The notes under the pieces were generated by a model. The model ran no database searches and had not been told where the DNA came from. It saw only the letters and a list, made by a program, of their open reading frames with translations. Source: Fimbriimonadales bacterium (GTDB taxonomy: Bacteria; Armatimonadota; Fimbriimonadia; Fimbriimonadales; ATM1). Taken from it: a stretch of DNA of 64,000 nt. The first letter of the stretch is position 1. Every line of letters starts with the position of its first letter. Of this stretch, positions 32,085-42,603 are shown one piece after another. The position numbers and the translations under genes were made by a program. Where the stretch lies: NCBI GenBank assembly GCA_051003155.1, contig JBPCLO010000006.1, forward strand, positions 1 through 64,000, read 5' to 3'.

Positions 32085-34265
32085 CTAATTGTTAAGCGGC
32101 TTGCCATTTTCGAGCATGTGCCGAATTCGGAGCTGAGTTCGCGGTTTACCCAATAGGTTCAAGAAAGACTCGACCTCCATCTCCAAAGCGCTTTCCTCAC
32201 TGCGCGCCTTGACGAATATCCTTTTGATTTCTCCCGCGATTGTTTCGCCGTATTCGCCGATAACGCCGCCGGCCCTCAGATTATCGATCTCGGAGTCGAT
32301 CATGCCGGCAAGAGGAGCCGGCGCCGGCAACCATGCCGTTGACTTTTCTTCTGGCCGGTCGGCGGTTAGAGCGCGCGAGGTGACCTGGTCGGGATTAACT
32401 GCCAGTTCGTCCCGCTCTCTCATAAAATGGTACTTATGTCCTTCAGGAGCGGGTACTTTTCGGCCAGAGGCCAACGATATCGCAGCGCTGCTCAAGAAAT
32501 GAATGTCGTGCTGCGTTCGCATCCGCATGAGCGCTGTGCCGCCGCCCGCCGGGACTAGCCCCACCAAAGCTTCTGGCAGGCCCACGGTAGTTTCAGGATG
32601 TGCCACGACCGACCTGCAGTGCATCGCCAGTTCCAGCCCACCTCCCAATGCAAATCCGTGAAGCGCAGCTGCCGATTGTACCTTCCGCAATGCCAAGCCG
32701 CACTTCTGAAGGAGTAGTAATGCCGCCTGGACCTCGTCGAATTTCCCTTCTTCAGCAAGCTTCAAAAGGTACGCCAAATCGAAACCGACCGAATATGCCG
32801 GGCCCCCGTTTGCGAGCGTAATTCGCGATTCAGGATTTGCCTCAAGATGCCCCAGGAGCGCGACGACTATTTCCGGATTGAGCGCGTTCATTTTCGAACG
32901 GAACTCGAAAATTGTCCCACCCGCAAGATCGTCACGCTTGGCCCAAGAAGTGTTTTCCTTTATGATCGGAAAATCGGAAACAATGGCGTATCGGCTATCA
33001 TGGCGATGCTGGGAATGCGTCAATGTTTGCAAATCCAAAGCTGTTCCCTTCTTGTAGAATGGCGACTTCTCGGCCAGGGGTGTTGAAGTCGAGTATTTCT
33101 TCAGCGTGTCGTAGCCGACCTCGTCGATCAATTCGAAGGGCCCCATCGACCACCCCCATCCCCATTTCATTACTTCGTCGAAGTCTTTCACCGAATAAGA
33201 GATTTCTCGGCCAACCTCAGCGGCGTACAAAAGCGACGGAACCAGATGCTCGCGCAAAAACTCGCCGGCTTCTCCGCGCTGCTCCAGCGTCTGCCGAATT
33301 CGCTCGCCGATGGGCAGTCTCGCGACGCTTGCGAGGAATGGAATGTCGGCTTCCACTCTCGGGCGATACGCTTTGGTCCTAAAATCGAGGCTTAGAAATT
33401 GGTCACCTTCCTTCTTGTAGTAGCCTTGACCTGCCTTCGATCCGATCCACCCGAGCTCGATTAAATTGGCGATGCTCGCCGGCATATTTAGATTCGAGCG
33501 AAGTGGGTCATTGCCGCAACGATGCACCAAATTGCCCGCCACGTCGGCCATAATGTCCAAGCCGATCAGGTCCGCAAGGCGAAAAGTTGCGGTTCTTGGC
33601 CTGCCGATAAAGGGCCCGGTCAGTGTGTCCACGGTCTCAACGCTGAACTTCAGTTTCTCGGCCGTGTGTATTGCTTGATAAAGTGCCCACATGCCATACC
33701 GATTGGCGATAAATCCGGGAGTATCCTTCGCAAGAACCACGCGTCTGCCCACTCGATCTTCCAGAAAAGCTGTCATTGCCGAAATGGCACCGGGGTCGGT
33801 CTCCTCGGTGGGAATCAATTCGATCAGTTTCAAATATCGAGGAGGATTAAAAAAATGCGTTCCGACAAATCTATCTCGAAACAATTTCGATCTGCCATCG
33901 CCTAGGAGCCTGATCTCCAAACCGCTTGTGTTTGTGCTGATCATCGCATCGTCACGAAGAACCGGCTCTATCGCTTCGTAAAGCGCTCGCTTCGCGTCCA
34001 TTTTCTCGATGATCGCTTCGCAAACCCAGTCCGCATCGCGCAGCGCGATCAGATCGTCGGCGAGCGACGCAACCCGAACGCGGTGCACAGCGTCCGGGCC
34101 GTAAAAGTGGGGAGGTCGATTTTGCCCAGCTCGGTCGAGTCCGGCCTGCGCGGTCTCGCGCGCTAAATCGAAGAGCGTAACGTCGAAGCCCAGATTGGCA
34201 AGGTGCGCCGCGATGCCGCTTCCCATCGTGCCGGCTCCCATAACGGCGACTCTATGCGCGTTCAT
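32085..34265 (-). CDS. 3-hydroxyacyl-CoA dehydrogenase / enoyl-CoA hydratase (FadN-like)
   Basis: GAGTMGSGIAAH, EAIIE, TNTSG, HFFNPPRY, KDTPGFIANR, C-terminal crotonase ALGGGLE...GLPE..VGLVP.GGG; start 34265 chosen from the -10 position. Confidence 0.9.
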   Translation of the reverse strand: MNAHRVAVMGAGTMGSGIAAHLANLGFDVTLFDLARETAQAGLDRAGQNRPPHFYGPDAVHRVRVASLADDLIALRDADWVCEAIIEKMDAKRALYEAIEPVLRDDAMISTNTSGLEIRLLGDGRSKLFRDRFVGTHFFNPPRYLKLIELIPTEETDPGAISAMTAFLEDRVGRRVVLAKDTPGFIANRYGMWALYQAIHTAEKLKFSVETVDTLTGPFIGRPRTATFRLADLIGLDIMADVAGNLVHRCGNDPLRSNLNMPASIANLIELGWIGSKAGQGYYKKEGDQFLSLDFRTKAYRPRVEADIPFLASVARLPIGERIRQTLEQRGEAGEFLREHLVPSLLYAAEVGREISYSVKDFDEVMKWGWGWSMGPFELIDEVGYDTLKKYSTSTPLAEKSPFYKKGTALDLQTLTHSQHRHDSRYAIVSDFPIIKENTSWAKRDDLAGGTIFEFRSKMNALNPEIVVALLGHLEANPESRITLANGGPAYSVGFDLAYLLKLAEEGKFDEVQAALLLLQKCGLALRKVQSAAALHGFALGGGLELAMHCRSVVAHPETTVGLPEALVGLVPAGGGTALMRMRTQHDIHFLSSAAISLASGRKVPAPEGHKYHFMRERDELAVNPDQVTSRALTADRPEEKSTAWLPAPAPLAGMIDSEIDNLRAGGVIGEYGETIAGEIKRIFVKARSEESALEMEVESFLNLLGKPRTQLRIRHMLENGKPLNN

Positions 34266-34327
34266 CCATGAATCGTAAGACATGCGAGGACCTCTGCTGG
34301 GCGTCGCCAGCTAGTTCAGAATACCCG

Positions 34328-34810
34328 TCAGAGGGCCTGCATCCGTGCGGAAACGGCGTGGCAAATTGCGACCGCCAACGCATCCGCGACATCATCCGGC
34401 TTAGGAGTCTCCTTCAGACTCAGCAGTCGGGTGACCATGAACTGCACCTGCTTTTTGTCCGCGCTTCCTGAGCCGGTGACCGTCAATTTCACCTGTGGCG
34501 GCGTGTACTCGCGCCAAGGCAACTTCATTTCTTCCGCAGCCAACAGCACAACTCCGAGCGCTTTGCTCACGTCGAGCGCTGTGGTGCGGTTTGCCGCAAA
34601 GAGAATCGCCTCGGTGGCGATGCAGTCCGGCTTATGGTGGTGGATCAACTCGGCGATTGTGGAATGGAGGTGAAATAGCCTTTCGGGAAGAGGAAGGCCC
34701 TTGTCGGTTTCGACGACGCCATAGACAACAGGCATAAGCGAACTCCCGACTCGGTCTATCACCGCGTAGCCCAGCCGGCCGAAGCCCGGATCGACGCCGA
34801 AAACCCTCAT
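34328..34810 (-). CDS. ruvC: Holliday junction resolvase RuvC
   Basis: GVDPG..LGYAV, E..F..N, YTP.QVK...G.G.ADK.QV, DDVADALAVA.CH; ATG overlaps the mutL stop. Confidence 0.95.
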   Translation of the reverse strand: MRVFGVDPGFGRLGYAVIDRVGSSLMPVVYGVVETDKGLPLPERLFHLHSTIAELIHHHKPDCIATEAILFAANRTTALDVSKALGVVLLAAEEMKLPWREYTPPQVKLTVTGSGSADKKQVQFMVTRLLSLKETPKPDDVADALAVAICHAVSARMQAL

Positions 34811-36531
34811 GTACGCTTGAACCTCCTCAGCAGCTCGTCGAAGGTCAGCGTGATCGTGATCGGCCGCCCGTGGGGACAAAGATAGGGATTCTCCGTCTCC
34901 GCCAGGTCACGAATCAGTTGATCCATTTCCGGAACCCCAAGCGGGTCTCCTGCTTTCACGGCCATACGGCATGCGCTCGTCGTCCAGATTTTCTCACGCG
35001 CGGATTGCGAGGCGATGCGACCACCGGTCTGGAGCAGTTCGTCGGCAACGTCGAGGAGCAGCTTCCTGAAGTCCTTCCCGCTCGCGGCAGCAGGGATCGC
35101 CCGAACCAAGAACGCCTGGGCGCCGAAAGGAGACAGGTCGAAGCCTATTCTCCTTAGATCTTCCAGCCGCTCCGAAAGCGCCACCGCCGCGGCGCGCTCG
35201 AATTCGACCGATTCCGGGGAGAGCAGATGCTGCATTTCCACTGCGCCACCGCCCCGTATGCCGCAAAGATACTCATACAGAACCCGCTCATGCGCAACGT
35301 GCTGATCTACGATCGCGATCCCCCTTTGGGTCGATGCGACGATAAAGGTGTTCATCACCTGACCCAATATCTGCAAGCCGTCCAGGAGCTCGAGAAACGG
35401 AAAGCGAGTAAGCCCGGCGGCTTCGATTGGCCTTTCCTTGAAGAGGTCGGTAACAAGTTCCGCGGGAGCGGACGCATGCAGCCCCACCGAGCCCATTTGC
35501 TCAGTGGCGAAGGAGAACGACGGCGCCGCGGACGGCATCAACCCGTGCTCCATCAGCCCGCCTTTGATGGCGAGCCGCAAGGCGTCGAACGCTGCACCCT
35601 CCCGCTGAAATCTGATCTCCGTTTTCGTGGGGCTGACGTTGATATCCACCTCAGCCGGATCGATGGACAGGTTCACGGCGATGATGGCGTGGCGTCTTTC
35701 CGGAGTGATACTTCGATAGGAAGCGTCCGCAGAGGCAAACAACGTTTTTGACCGTACGGGCCTCCCGTTCACGAAAAAGACCTGGTGGCTGCGGCTCGGC
35801 TTGTTTACATGCGGCGGCCCCACAAAGCCGTGAATTCGTATGCCGCCTACGGTCGTGTCGATTTCAGCTAACGCCCGCGCAAGATCTATTCCCCAAACAT
35901 GGCCGAGCGCCTCCATCAGGTCGTCGGTCCCCGTAGTCGTGATCACCGCCTGGTTTCCGAAGCGAAGAGATATTGCAACTTGGGGAAAAGCGACGGCGTA
36001 TTTTCCGACTACGTCTGCGATCTGCGAGGCCTCCGTCGTGTCAGTCTTAAGGAACTTGAGCCTTGCAGGGGTGTTTGCGAAGAGGTCTTGTACGACGATC
36101 TCGGTCCCGCGAGGTCCGGCGACAGTCTCAGATCGCGTTATTTCGCCGAATTCGACGTCGATCCGGTGGCGGGCGCCGTCTTCCTCGGCTGTCGAGAGCG
36201 CAAATCGGCTCACCGCGGCTATGCTGGGAATCGCCTCACCCCGAAAGCCCAGAGAAGTCACTCGATGGAGGTCTCCCGCGACGCGGATCTTGCTAGTCGC
36301 GTGCCTATTCAGCGACATCTCGGCGTCCTCGGGGCCCATGCCGGCACCGTTGTCGGAGACTTTTATCCGCGTACGGCCCGCGTCGTCGCACTGAATGTCG
36401 ATCCGCGTCGCCCCCGCATCGACCGCGTTCTCGACAAGCTCCTTAACGACGCTGGAAGGCCGCTCCACAACCTCGCCCGCGGCGATCTGGTTGATGGTGT
36501 GCGGGTCGAGCAGGGCGATACGCCGCGGCAT
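34807..36531 (-). CDS. mutL: DNA mismatch repair endonuclease MutL
   Basis: NQIAAGEVVERP, HATSK, GFRGEA, DINVSPTK, endonuclease motifs DQHVAHE, ACR and CPHGRP. Confidence 0.97.
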   Translation of the reverse strand: MPRRIALLDPHTINQIAAGEVVERPSSVVKELVENAVDAGATRIDIQCDDAGRTRIKVSDNGAGMGPEDAEMSLNRHATSKIRVAGDLHRVTSLGFRGEAIPSIAAVSRFALSTAEEDGARHRIDVEFGEITRSETVAGPRGTEIVVQDLFANTPARLKFLKTDTTEASQIADVVGKYAVAFPQVAISLRFGNQAVITTTGTDDLMEALGHVWGIDLARALAEIDTTVGGIRIHGFVGPPHVNKPSRSHQVFFVNGRPVRSKTLFASADASYRSITPERRHAIIAVNLSIDPAEVDINVSPTKTEIRFQREGAAFDALRLAIKGGLMEHGLMPSAAPSFSFATEQMGSVGLHASAPAELVTDLFKERPIEAAGLTRFPFLELLDGLQILGQVMNTFIVASTQRGIAIVDQHVAHERVLYEYLCGIRGGGAVEMQHLLSPESVEFERAAAVALSERLEDLRRIGFDLSPFGAQAFLVRAIPAAASGKDFRKLLLDVADELLQTGGRIASQSAREKIWTTSACRMAVKAGDPLGVPEMDQLIRDLAETENPYLCPHGRPITITLTFDELLRRFKRT

Positions 36532-36637
36532 TGGACAATCTTACCCATGACCCGCTCGGGCCGGACAGCCGTCTAAATAATTGTACTGGGAGCACCCAGG
36601 CACCTTCGCCCGCCGGCAAAAACCAACAGGAGTATTC

Positions 36638-38122
36638 ACGACGGCAAGCCGCCTTTACCTTAGCTTTTTATTACTGTTGGTCCTTCTCGCCCTCCCCATA
36701 AGATCGCCTGCCCAAGGCTCGCCCGACATTTTATGCGAGCACTCCGACGTCCTCTCGCAAGCCGTGCACGTGCAGGGTGTAATAAGAATTCACAGCGCCA
36801 TCACGGGAGCATTGGTTTAGTCGACGTCGCTGACGACATTGAATGTGCCCATCGATAGGCGCAGGCTTGCCAGTTCGTTTCCTAAGTAAATGGACTCATA
36901 CGAAAAGTCGTTGATCGACCATTTGGAAGCATTGCGATTCCCAGCGGACCATCATTAGTTGCTGTTTGCGTGCGCGAACGTCGGTGGAACGAACGGCAGT
37001 TCCAAGGTCGTCTAAAGAGATGTGACATGCAATCAGCTCAATCACGGCGCATTTCGCAGGGATGAACCCTACCTCGGTACATGGCCTGGAATCCTCGCGA
37101 ACGGCGGGCCGGAGTTGATGCTCAGCAATAGTCCAGAGCTTATTCCAGTCGGTTTAGCGTTGCCGGCGACGCTTTACAGGTGCTCCATGGGCGTTAGCGC
37201 TGGTGGTCGATCTGTCCGTTCCTATTTGTGGCACAAAAACAATACCATCAGCCCGATCAATGTCGGGCTCGTCGGCGGGGTGTCAACTGGCCCCGTAACA
37301 TTGAGCAATATCCGCGTCCAGAAGGAGGTCGGTTCGTCCTTGCCCTCGATGGGAATCTGCACCGCCAAAGCCCAGTTGTACAATAGCTACAATAGCGTTG
37401 CCGGTAGCATCGTTCTGTCCGCCGACCAAATGATCATGCCCGCTGTGGCAACCTTGCAGCCTGGACAAACGCTAGGTTGTGTTCTCGAATTCGATGCGAC
37501 GGGCAGCTTTCTTGGTTCGGTACTCTTTTCTTCGCACCGTCGCCTACACGGGTTCTCCGGGCGTTGTGCCGAACAATTATAATGACCCCGTCGCTCCCCG
37601 CGATCGCGGACATCCGCGGGGACACTGGTCGTACGCCGATTCGATTTTCGATGGCGGCACTCTCGTATTTCCGGACGAGTCGGAACGGCTAAATTGGAGC
37701 TTCGATGCTGCGATGCCGGTGCGATTGAAGAATTGACATACCCGGATCAATTCATTGATCCGCTCGACAGTGCGAATGAAGGCTTATACGGTGTAAACCT
37801 AACTTATAGGTTTATCCTTGTCAACAATTTCACTAACTCCCGTGATGCCTGGGTCTTCCTTCGGGCGCTGAATACTGGTGAGCCCTACTTTGGCGCCGGT
37901 AGCATTTCTTCTCAGGGCTCATATCCTGATCGAGGAGTGCCGATAATCGCCCACGAGGTGGCCGATTCCCCCAACAATTTTGTCCACTTAACGCACGTCG
38001 ATCCGATAACGGTGCCGCAGAGCAGCTCGACCCCGATCTACGTACGCGTTGCCAATGGCGGGGCGGCGACCATGCCGTTTATGATCCTTATTTCGACGAT
38101 TAACGTCGCGATAGACGATTGA
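36638..38122 (+). pseudogene. Decayed secreted protein gene (four in-frame stops, two frameshifts)
   Basis: AGGAG RBS, then ACG (likely mutated ATG, 36638) and a signal peptide. Stops at 36818, 36887, 36956 and 37013 lie in one frame that continues into ORF 37022. Frame changes lead into ORFs 37479 and 37694 (LMLSNSPE, YLWHKN, HPRGHW, GLYGV segments). Confidence 0.7.
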
Positions 38123-38129
38123 GGTAAAA

Positions 38130-39032
38130 ATGATATCCACAATGCTCGTCGCCGGCTTGCTTTTCCAGCAGCCATTTATTGACCGGAAGGTCGGCAATGC
38201 AAAGCTGGGGCAAGCTCTGCCTAACGCAGGCATATACAATCTGGGTATTAGGTACATCGTAAGTGATGACGGCAAGATGTTGTGGCAAACAGCCGGCGCA
38301 TGGTGCGACCGTTATTGGCTTGAATCGGAGAGAGCATTAGTCGGTGAGACGCTGCATTTTTTCCTCGAGCGAGGCAAGATCGTCTCTCTTACGATGAGCC
38401 AAAGCGCCCACGCGGTCCGTCCCGCCCAGAGTTTGCGAATCGGGACTCCAATCCCTCTATCGGCGCCAACTTCCACGGACTTGTGGTTGTTCGTTGATGC
38501 AAACGGGCATCAGTGCGTTTCTCACGTCTTTTTCGACAAACGGGGACTTCATCCAAACCGGGATGTGCAATCGCCAGATCGTCACATCTGGGCTTTATCG
38601 TTTGCTTCGGTGGGAAGAAGCTATACTGTCTATGCCGGAATAGACTCTCCAAGCGGATGGTCATTCGCGACCTACGTCTTGTCAGGAGATAACCTCAAGC
38701 GCACAGCCAGAAGCAGACTCCCCGCAGGTTTGCATCCCTTGGACTACGATCCGAAGAGCCGTCGCCTGGTTGGGCTAAACAAGAAGAACAAAATCCTCTA
38801 TCTCTATCACGTGCCCAGCAAGTCTCTTAAGAAAATGTCATTGCCCGAGGACGCGGATTACTTCTTTACGCGAGGGAAGCTGCACCGGCAGGCCAACGGA
38901 CCGCTTTACGTCTTCGAGAACAATGCTTGGAGAAAAGTGTTCGACAATTATCTGATCGCCCAAAGCGCGAACGACAAGTATTGGCTAATCGAGCGCCAAG
39001 AAGGCTCCGTTTGGCTAAGAGAGTATCGGTAG
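38130..39032 (+). CDS. Hypothetical secreted, beta-rich protein
   Basis: GAGGT RBS, signal-like N-terminus, intact 300-aa ORF. Confidence 0.65.
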   Translation: MISTMLVAGLLFQQPFIDRKVGNAKLGQALPNAGIYNLGIRYIVSDDGKMLWQTAGAWCDRYWLESERALVGETLHFFLERGKIVSLTMSQSAHAVRPAQSLRIGTPIPLSAPTSTDLWLFVDANGHQCVSHVFFDKRGLHPNRDVQSPDRHIWALSFASVGRSYTVYAGIDSPSGWSFATYVLSGDNLKRTARSRLPAGLHPLDYDPKSRRLVGLNKKNKILYLYHVPSKSLKKMSLPEDADYFFTRGKLHRQANGPLYVFENNAWRKVFDNYLIAQSANDKYWLIERQEGSVWLREYR

Positions 39033-39129
39033 ATCGGCGAATAAGAGTTGAGCAAAGCCGTCGCGTAACGGGCACTTTCGACCTAGTGGATCCGTAGTTC
39101 AACTGGAACCACCGGTCTCCACCTAGCCC

Positions 39130-39907
39130 ATGCGAGTCCTCCCATCTTTGTTCGTGTCGATTCTGCTCGCCTCATCATGGGCCGACAAGTTGACCCTCGA
39201 CGAGGCCGTGGCGTACGCCAGGGAGCACAACGGCCGCATCGCCGCCGCCCAGTTGGACTACCTCGCCTCGCGCTCGGCCATCACCGTCGCGAACGCGGCG
39301 TTCTGGCCCAGAATCACTTCCCAATACCGGTATGTGAATCAGAGGCAAGTACTAGGAACGGGAGACGAGGCTTTCAATGATTTGTCCATTGGCCTAAACT
39401 GGCTTCTCATCGACGCGGGGCAGCGCAGCTTCAACGTTGCGCGAACGAAGAAGCTGAGCGAGGCCGTGGGGCTTTCAGCACGCAACACGCTTCGCGGAAC
39501 ACTTTTCACCGTCGTCCTCCAGTTTCATGAAGCCTTGCGAGCCCAGGAGTTGCTTCGCGTTTCAGACGCCCAGCTCGACCGTGCAGAGGAAACATTATCG
39601 GTGACCAAGACTCAGGTTGAGGTAGGGGGAGTCGCACGGAAGGAGATCCTACAAGCCGAAGCAGACCGGGCGAACGCCGTCGTCGCAAAGCTGAGCGCCG
39701 CCAACGCGGTCAACACTTTTCACGCGGCGCTGAAGGCGATGATCGGATGGGAGCCACAGGAGGAACTGCCCGCTTTAGCCGCCCCACCGGTTCCGGAATT
39801 TCCGGCCACCGTCCCCACTCTGGAAGATCGTCGGCATCTTTTTCGGCTTCTATCCGGCGTATCTCGCCAGCAAACTCGAGCCCATCGAGGCGCTGCGAAG
39901 TGACTAA
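39130..39907 (+). pseudogene. Truncated TolC-family gene joined by deletion to the 3' tip of a MacB-type ABC permease gene
   Basis: One OEP repeat (LTLDEAV..A..HN, DAG.R, G...R.E.LQA) ends near 39826. In another frame 39827-39907 reads [26 protein letters not shown], the typical MacB/FtsX permease C-terminus. Confidence 0.85.
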
Positions 39908-40646
39908 GGCCGTCATCGAAGCCGTCGATATCGCGAAGGACTACACGATGGGCAGCGTGGTCGTCCACGCTCTGTGCGGCGTTTCCGCCACTATAGACGA
40001 GGGCGAGTTCGTCGCCATCATGGGGCCCTCCGGGTCGGGGAAGTCGACGTTCATGAATATCCTCGGCCTCCTCGACCGGCCGACGTCGGGCAACTACACC
40101 CTGAGCGGCGAGGCGGTGGCCGACCTGAATGACAACCGACAAGCCGCAATCCGCAACAAGTTTATCGGCTTCGTTTTCCAAACCTTCAACCTGCTGCCGC
40201 GAACGTCCGCGCTCCGAAATGTTGAGCTTCCGATGGTCTACGCGAGTGTCCGAGACCGCATCGGGCCCGCCAAGAAGGCGCTCACCCGAGTAAGCCTCAC
40301 CGACCGGATGCATCACCGTCCCAATGAATTATCGGGCGGCCAGCAGCAGCGCGTCGCCATCGCGCGTGCCATCGTGAACGATCCCGTCCTGATCCTCGCC
40401 GACGAGCCCACCGGCAACCTCGACAGCCGCACTGGCGAAGAGATCCTCGCGCTGTTTCAAGAGTTCAACCGCGAAGCCAAGACGGTCGTCCTCGTGACCC
40501 ACGAAGAGGACGTCGCCGAGCACTGCAAACGCGTCATCCGCTTCCGCGACGGCAATATCGTAAGCGACGAGCCGGTTGCCGAACCCATCGACGCGAGAGA
40601 AGTTCTGGACCGAATGGGCGCCCCTCTATCGACGCCATCGGCGTGA
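39900..40646 (+). CDS. ABC transporter ATP-binding protein (MacB/LolD-like)
   Basis: [50 protein letters not shown] start 39900. Confidence 0.93.
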   Translation: MTKAVIEAVDIAKDYTMGSVVVHALCGVSATIDEGEFVAIMGPSGSGKSTFMNILGLLDRPTSGNYTLSGEAVADLNDNRQAAIRNKFIGFVFQTFNLLPRTSALRNVELPMVYASVRDRIGPAKKALTRVSLTDRMHHRPNELSGGQQQRVAIARAIVNDPVLILADEPTGNLDSRTGEEILALFQEFNREAKTVVLVTHEEDVAEHCKRVIRFRDGNIVSDEPVAEPIDAREVLDRMGAPLSTPSA

Positions 40647-40660
40647 CGGGCCACTAACCC

Positions 40661-40702
40661 TGAGGGCGCCGGTCGTAATGTTGAGGGCGTCGGTTGTATT
40701 GT
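40661..40702. repeat. Two-copy 21-bp tandem repeat
   Basis: TGAGGGCGCCGGTCGTAATGT / TGAGGGCGTCGGTTGTATTGT (18/21 identical). Confidence 0.6.
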
Positions 40703-40823
40703 CCAGGCGGCCTTCAGGTAAACCATCCCAATGCCCAAGTGCCCCGGCAGAACAAGAGAAATCGGCGGGGATCGATCCAGGTTCTTGCCTACATCGACCT
40801 AGGATCTATCGTCTTCGGCATAT

Positions 40824-41201
40824 ATGTACGAACACCGCGCCGCTGCGCCTCTAACAAGGCGCGAGTTCGCAGCCCGGGCCACTACGCATGTGATTCTGGC
40901 GTCTTGCCTGCTAGGCTTGGCGCTGGGGATCGGCGTCGCCGGATACCATTTCGCCTGTGGGCTCTCGTGGATCGATTCGCTCTACAACGCGTCGATGATC
41001 CTCGGCGGAATGGGGCCGGCAAACGAGCTTCAAACGGATTCCGGAAAAGCTTTCGCGTCCTTCTACGCTCTGTTCTCCGGCCTATTCTTCATCGCTATCG
41101 CCGGCTTCATCATCGCGCCGTTCGCCCACCGAATGCTGCACCATTTCCACTGGGACGAGTCCCTGGAACAATCCGACGATGGCGACACTTCGCAGGCCTG
41201 A
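40824..41201 (+). CDS. Small 2-TM membrane protein resembling an ion-channel pore module
   Basis: TM1-GYH..GLSWIDSLYNASMILGGMGP..L.TD.GK.FASFYAL-TM2 follows the TM/pore helix/filter/TM layout. Confidence 0.7.
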   Translation: MYEHRAAAPLTRREFAARATTHVILASCLLGLALGIGVAGYHFACGLSWIDSLYNASMILGGMGPANELQTDSGKAFASFYALFSGLFFIAIAGFIIAPFAHRMLHHFHWDESLEQSDDGDTSQA

Positions 41202-41244
41202 GTCGGGGTCACGCGTCGCTCGGCGTCCGGGTATCTTGCCAGCC

Positions 41245-41736
41245 ATGATCGAGAGATACCGGCGCTGGCATGAGCACGAGCGCGATGCGAACGACAAGAT
41301 GATCGCCATGCTCGAATCCGTGCCCCAAGAGCAACAGGGAGACCCAAGATTTGCGCGAGCGGTCGACTATGCGGCCCACATCGGGGGTTGCCGCGTGAAC
41401 TGGCTCGACCGGATCGAGGGCAGGGAACCGACGGTGGATTGGTTTCCGGAGAACACACCGCTCGAATCACTCGGCCCGCTGTTCGAGAAGAGCGAGGCAC
41501 GGTGGCTCGACCCGCTAAGCGACGACGACCTCAACCGCGATTTCGAGTACAACGCCCGCGACGGCAGTCGCTATCGTTGGTACGTCGTGGGCCAGATCGT
41601 ACAACTCTTTGGGCACGCGTTCTATCACCGAGGCATGGTCGCAATGATTGTCGACGACCTCGGCGGCGCGAAGGTCGATACCGACTACCTTTTCTGGGCT
41701 TTCGACCAGGACGAGCGTTACGGACGCATCGACTAA
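41245..41736 (+). CDS. DinB/YfiT family protein
   Basis: AN..M...L, H......W..RI, H..YHRG pattern, DTDY tail. Confidence 0.8.
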   Translation: MIERYRRWHEHERDANDKMIAMLESVPQEQQGDPRFARAVDYAAHIGGCRVNWLDRIEGREPTVDWFPENTPLESLGPLFEKSEARWLDPLSDDDLNRDFEYNARDGSRYRWYVVGQIVQLFGHAFYHRGMVAMIVDDLGGAKVDTDYLFWAFDQDERYGRID

Positions 41737-41739
41737 TAT

Positions 41740-42263
41740 CGACCGCCGACAGACGACTGCCGGCCGCGCAGTAGAGAGCTTTGAACTCGATCGTGGAGGG
41801 GGAACGTCCTCGTGAGACGAATCGTGCTTGCTATCCGGTCAGACGACGAGGCACGTGCGCAAACATCTGTTAGACTGCCGCTATGGGATGGGTAGAGTTC
41901 GTTAGGGAGATGCAACAGGGCGGGGCCATCTGACCGGCTTTTGGGGAACTTGGGAGCTGAAGGACGGAAAGTACCTGCTCACGGGTACCGTCGGCCCGAG
42001 GGGGAAGGTCGATGGTAAAGACACGGTAGAGTTTGGGACTGAGGGTCCAACGTGGGTATTCGACCGAATGCCTGCGGACGAGCCGTACGTGATACCGCTT
42101 GAAGGCCAAAAAGTGACGAACTCCAGAGAGTGGCTTGCTACAGCGTCGCCCTCCGGGTCTGCAGTTTGCACCAGGATCGGCTAGCTAAAGCTGCGCCCCC
42201 CGGGTCTGCAGTCTGTAGTCTTCTCCGGTCGGCAGTCGTCCGTCGGCAGTCGGCAGTCGAGCA
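41740..42263. repeat. Inverted pair of heptamer-repeat tracts enclosing a degraded ORF
   Basis: 41740-41766 CGACCGCCGACAGACGACTGCCGGCCG matches the reverse complement of 42226-42252 at 24/27 positions; GTCGGCA-type units continue to about 42263. Confidence 0.65.
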
Positions 42264-42264
42264 G

Positions 42265-42603
42265 GGGGGAGTCGGCCTGTAAGCCGGGTTCTGTCTTTGT
42301 GCGGCGATCTATCTGGGCTCCTCGTCGCCGAGAAGCTCGTGCGGCCAACCCGAAGGGTCTGCGGGCAGCGTCGTCCCCTTCCTATTTGGCCTTGCTCCGG
42401 GCGGGGTTTGCACGGCCGCCTTGTTGCCAAGACGCCGGTGAGCTCTTACCTCACCATTTCACCCTTACCCCTTTCGAGGCGGTATGTTTCTGTTGCACTT
42501 TCCGTCGGCTCGCGCCGCCCAGGCGTTACCTGGCGCCTTGCCCTATGGAGCCCGGACTTTCCTCCCCGGCTCGCGCCGAGGCCGCTCGCCCGGCCGACTC
42601 CCC
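42265..42603 (-). ncRNA. rnpB: RNase P RNA, bacterial type A
   Basis: Minus strand reads GGGGAGTCGGCC...GAGGAAAGTCCGGGCTCC...GGAAAGTGCAACAGAAA...GGTAAGGGTGAAA..GGTAAGAGC..AAACCCC..GAGCAAG...ACAGAACCCGGCTTACAGGCCGACTCCCC with complementary P1 ends. Confidence 0.97.

Noticed and set aside
36638..37582. Stop-codon reassignment or readthrough suggested by four in-frame TAG/TAA stops
   Set aside because: TAA and TAG terminate normal genes throughout the window, and the same gene also has frameshifts and a lost start; decay explains it better
41740..42263. CRISPR array or complete IS element
   Set aside because: No regularly spaced repeat-spacer units, cas genes or transposase anywhere in the window
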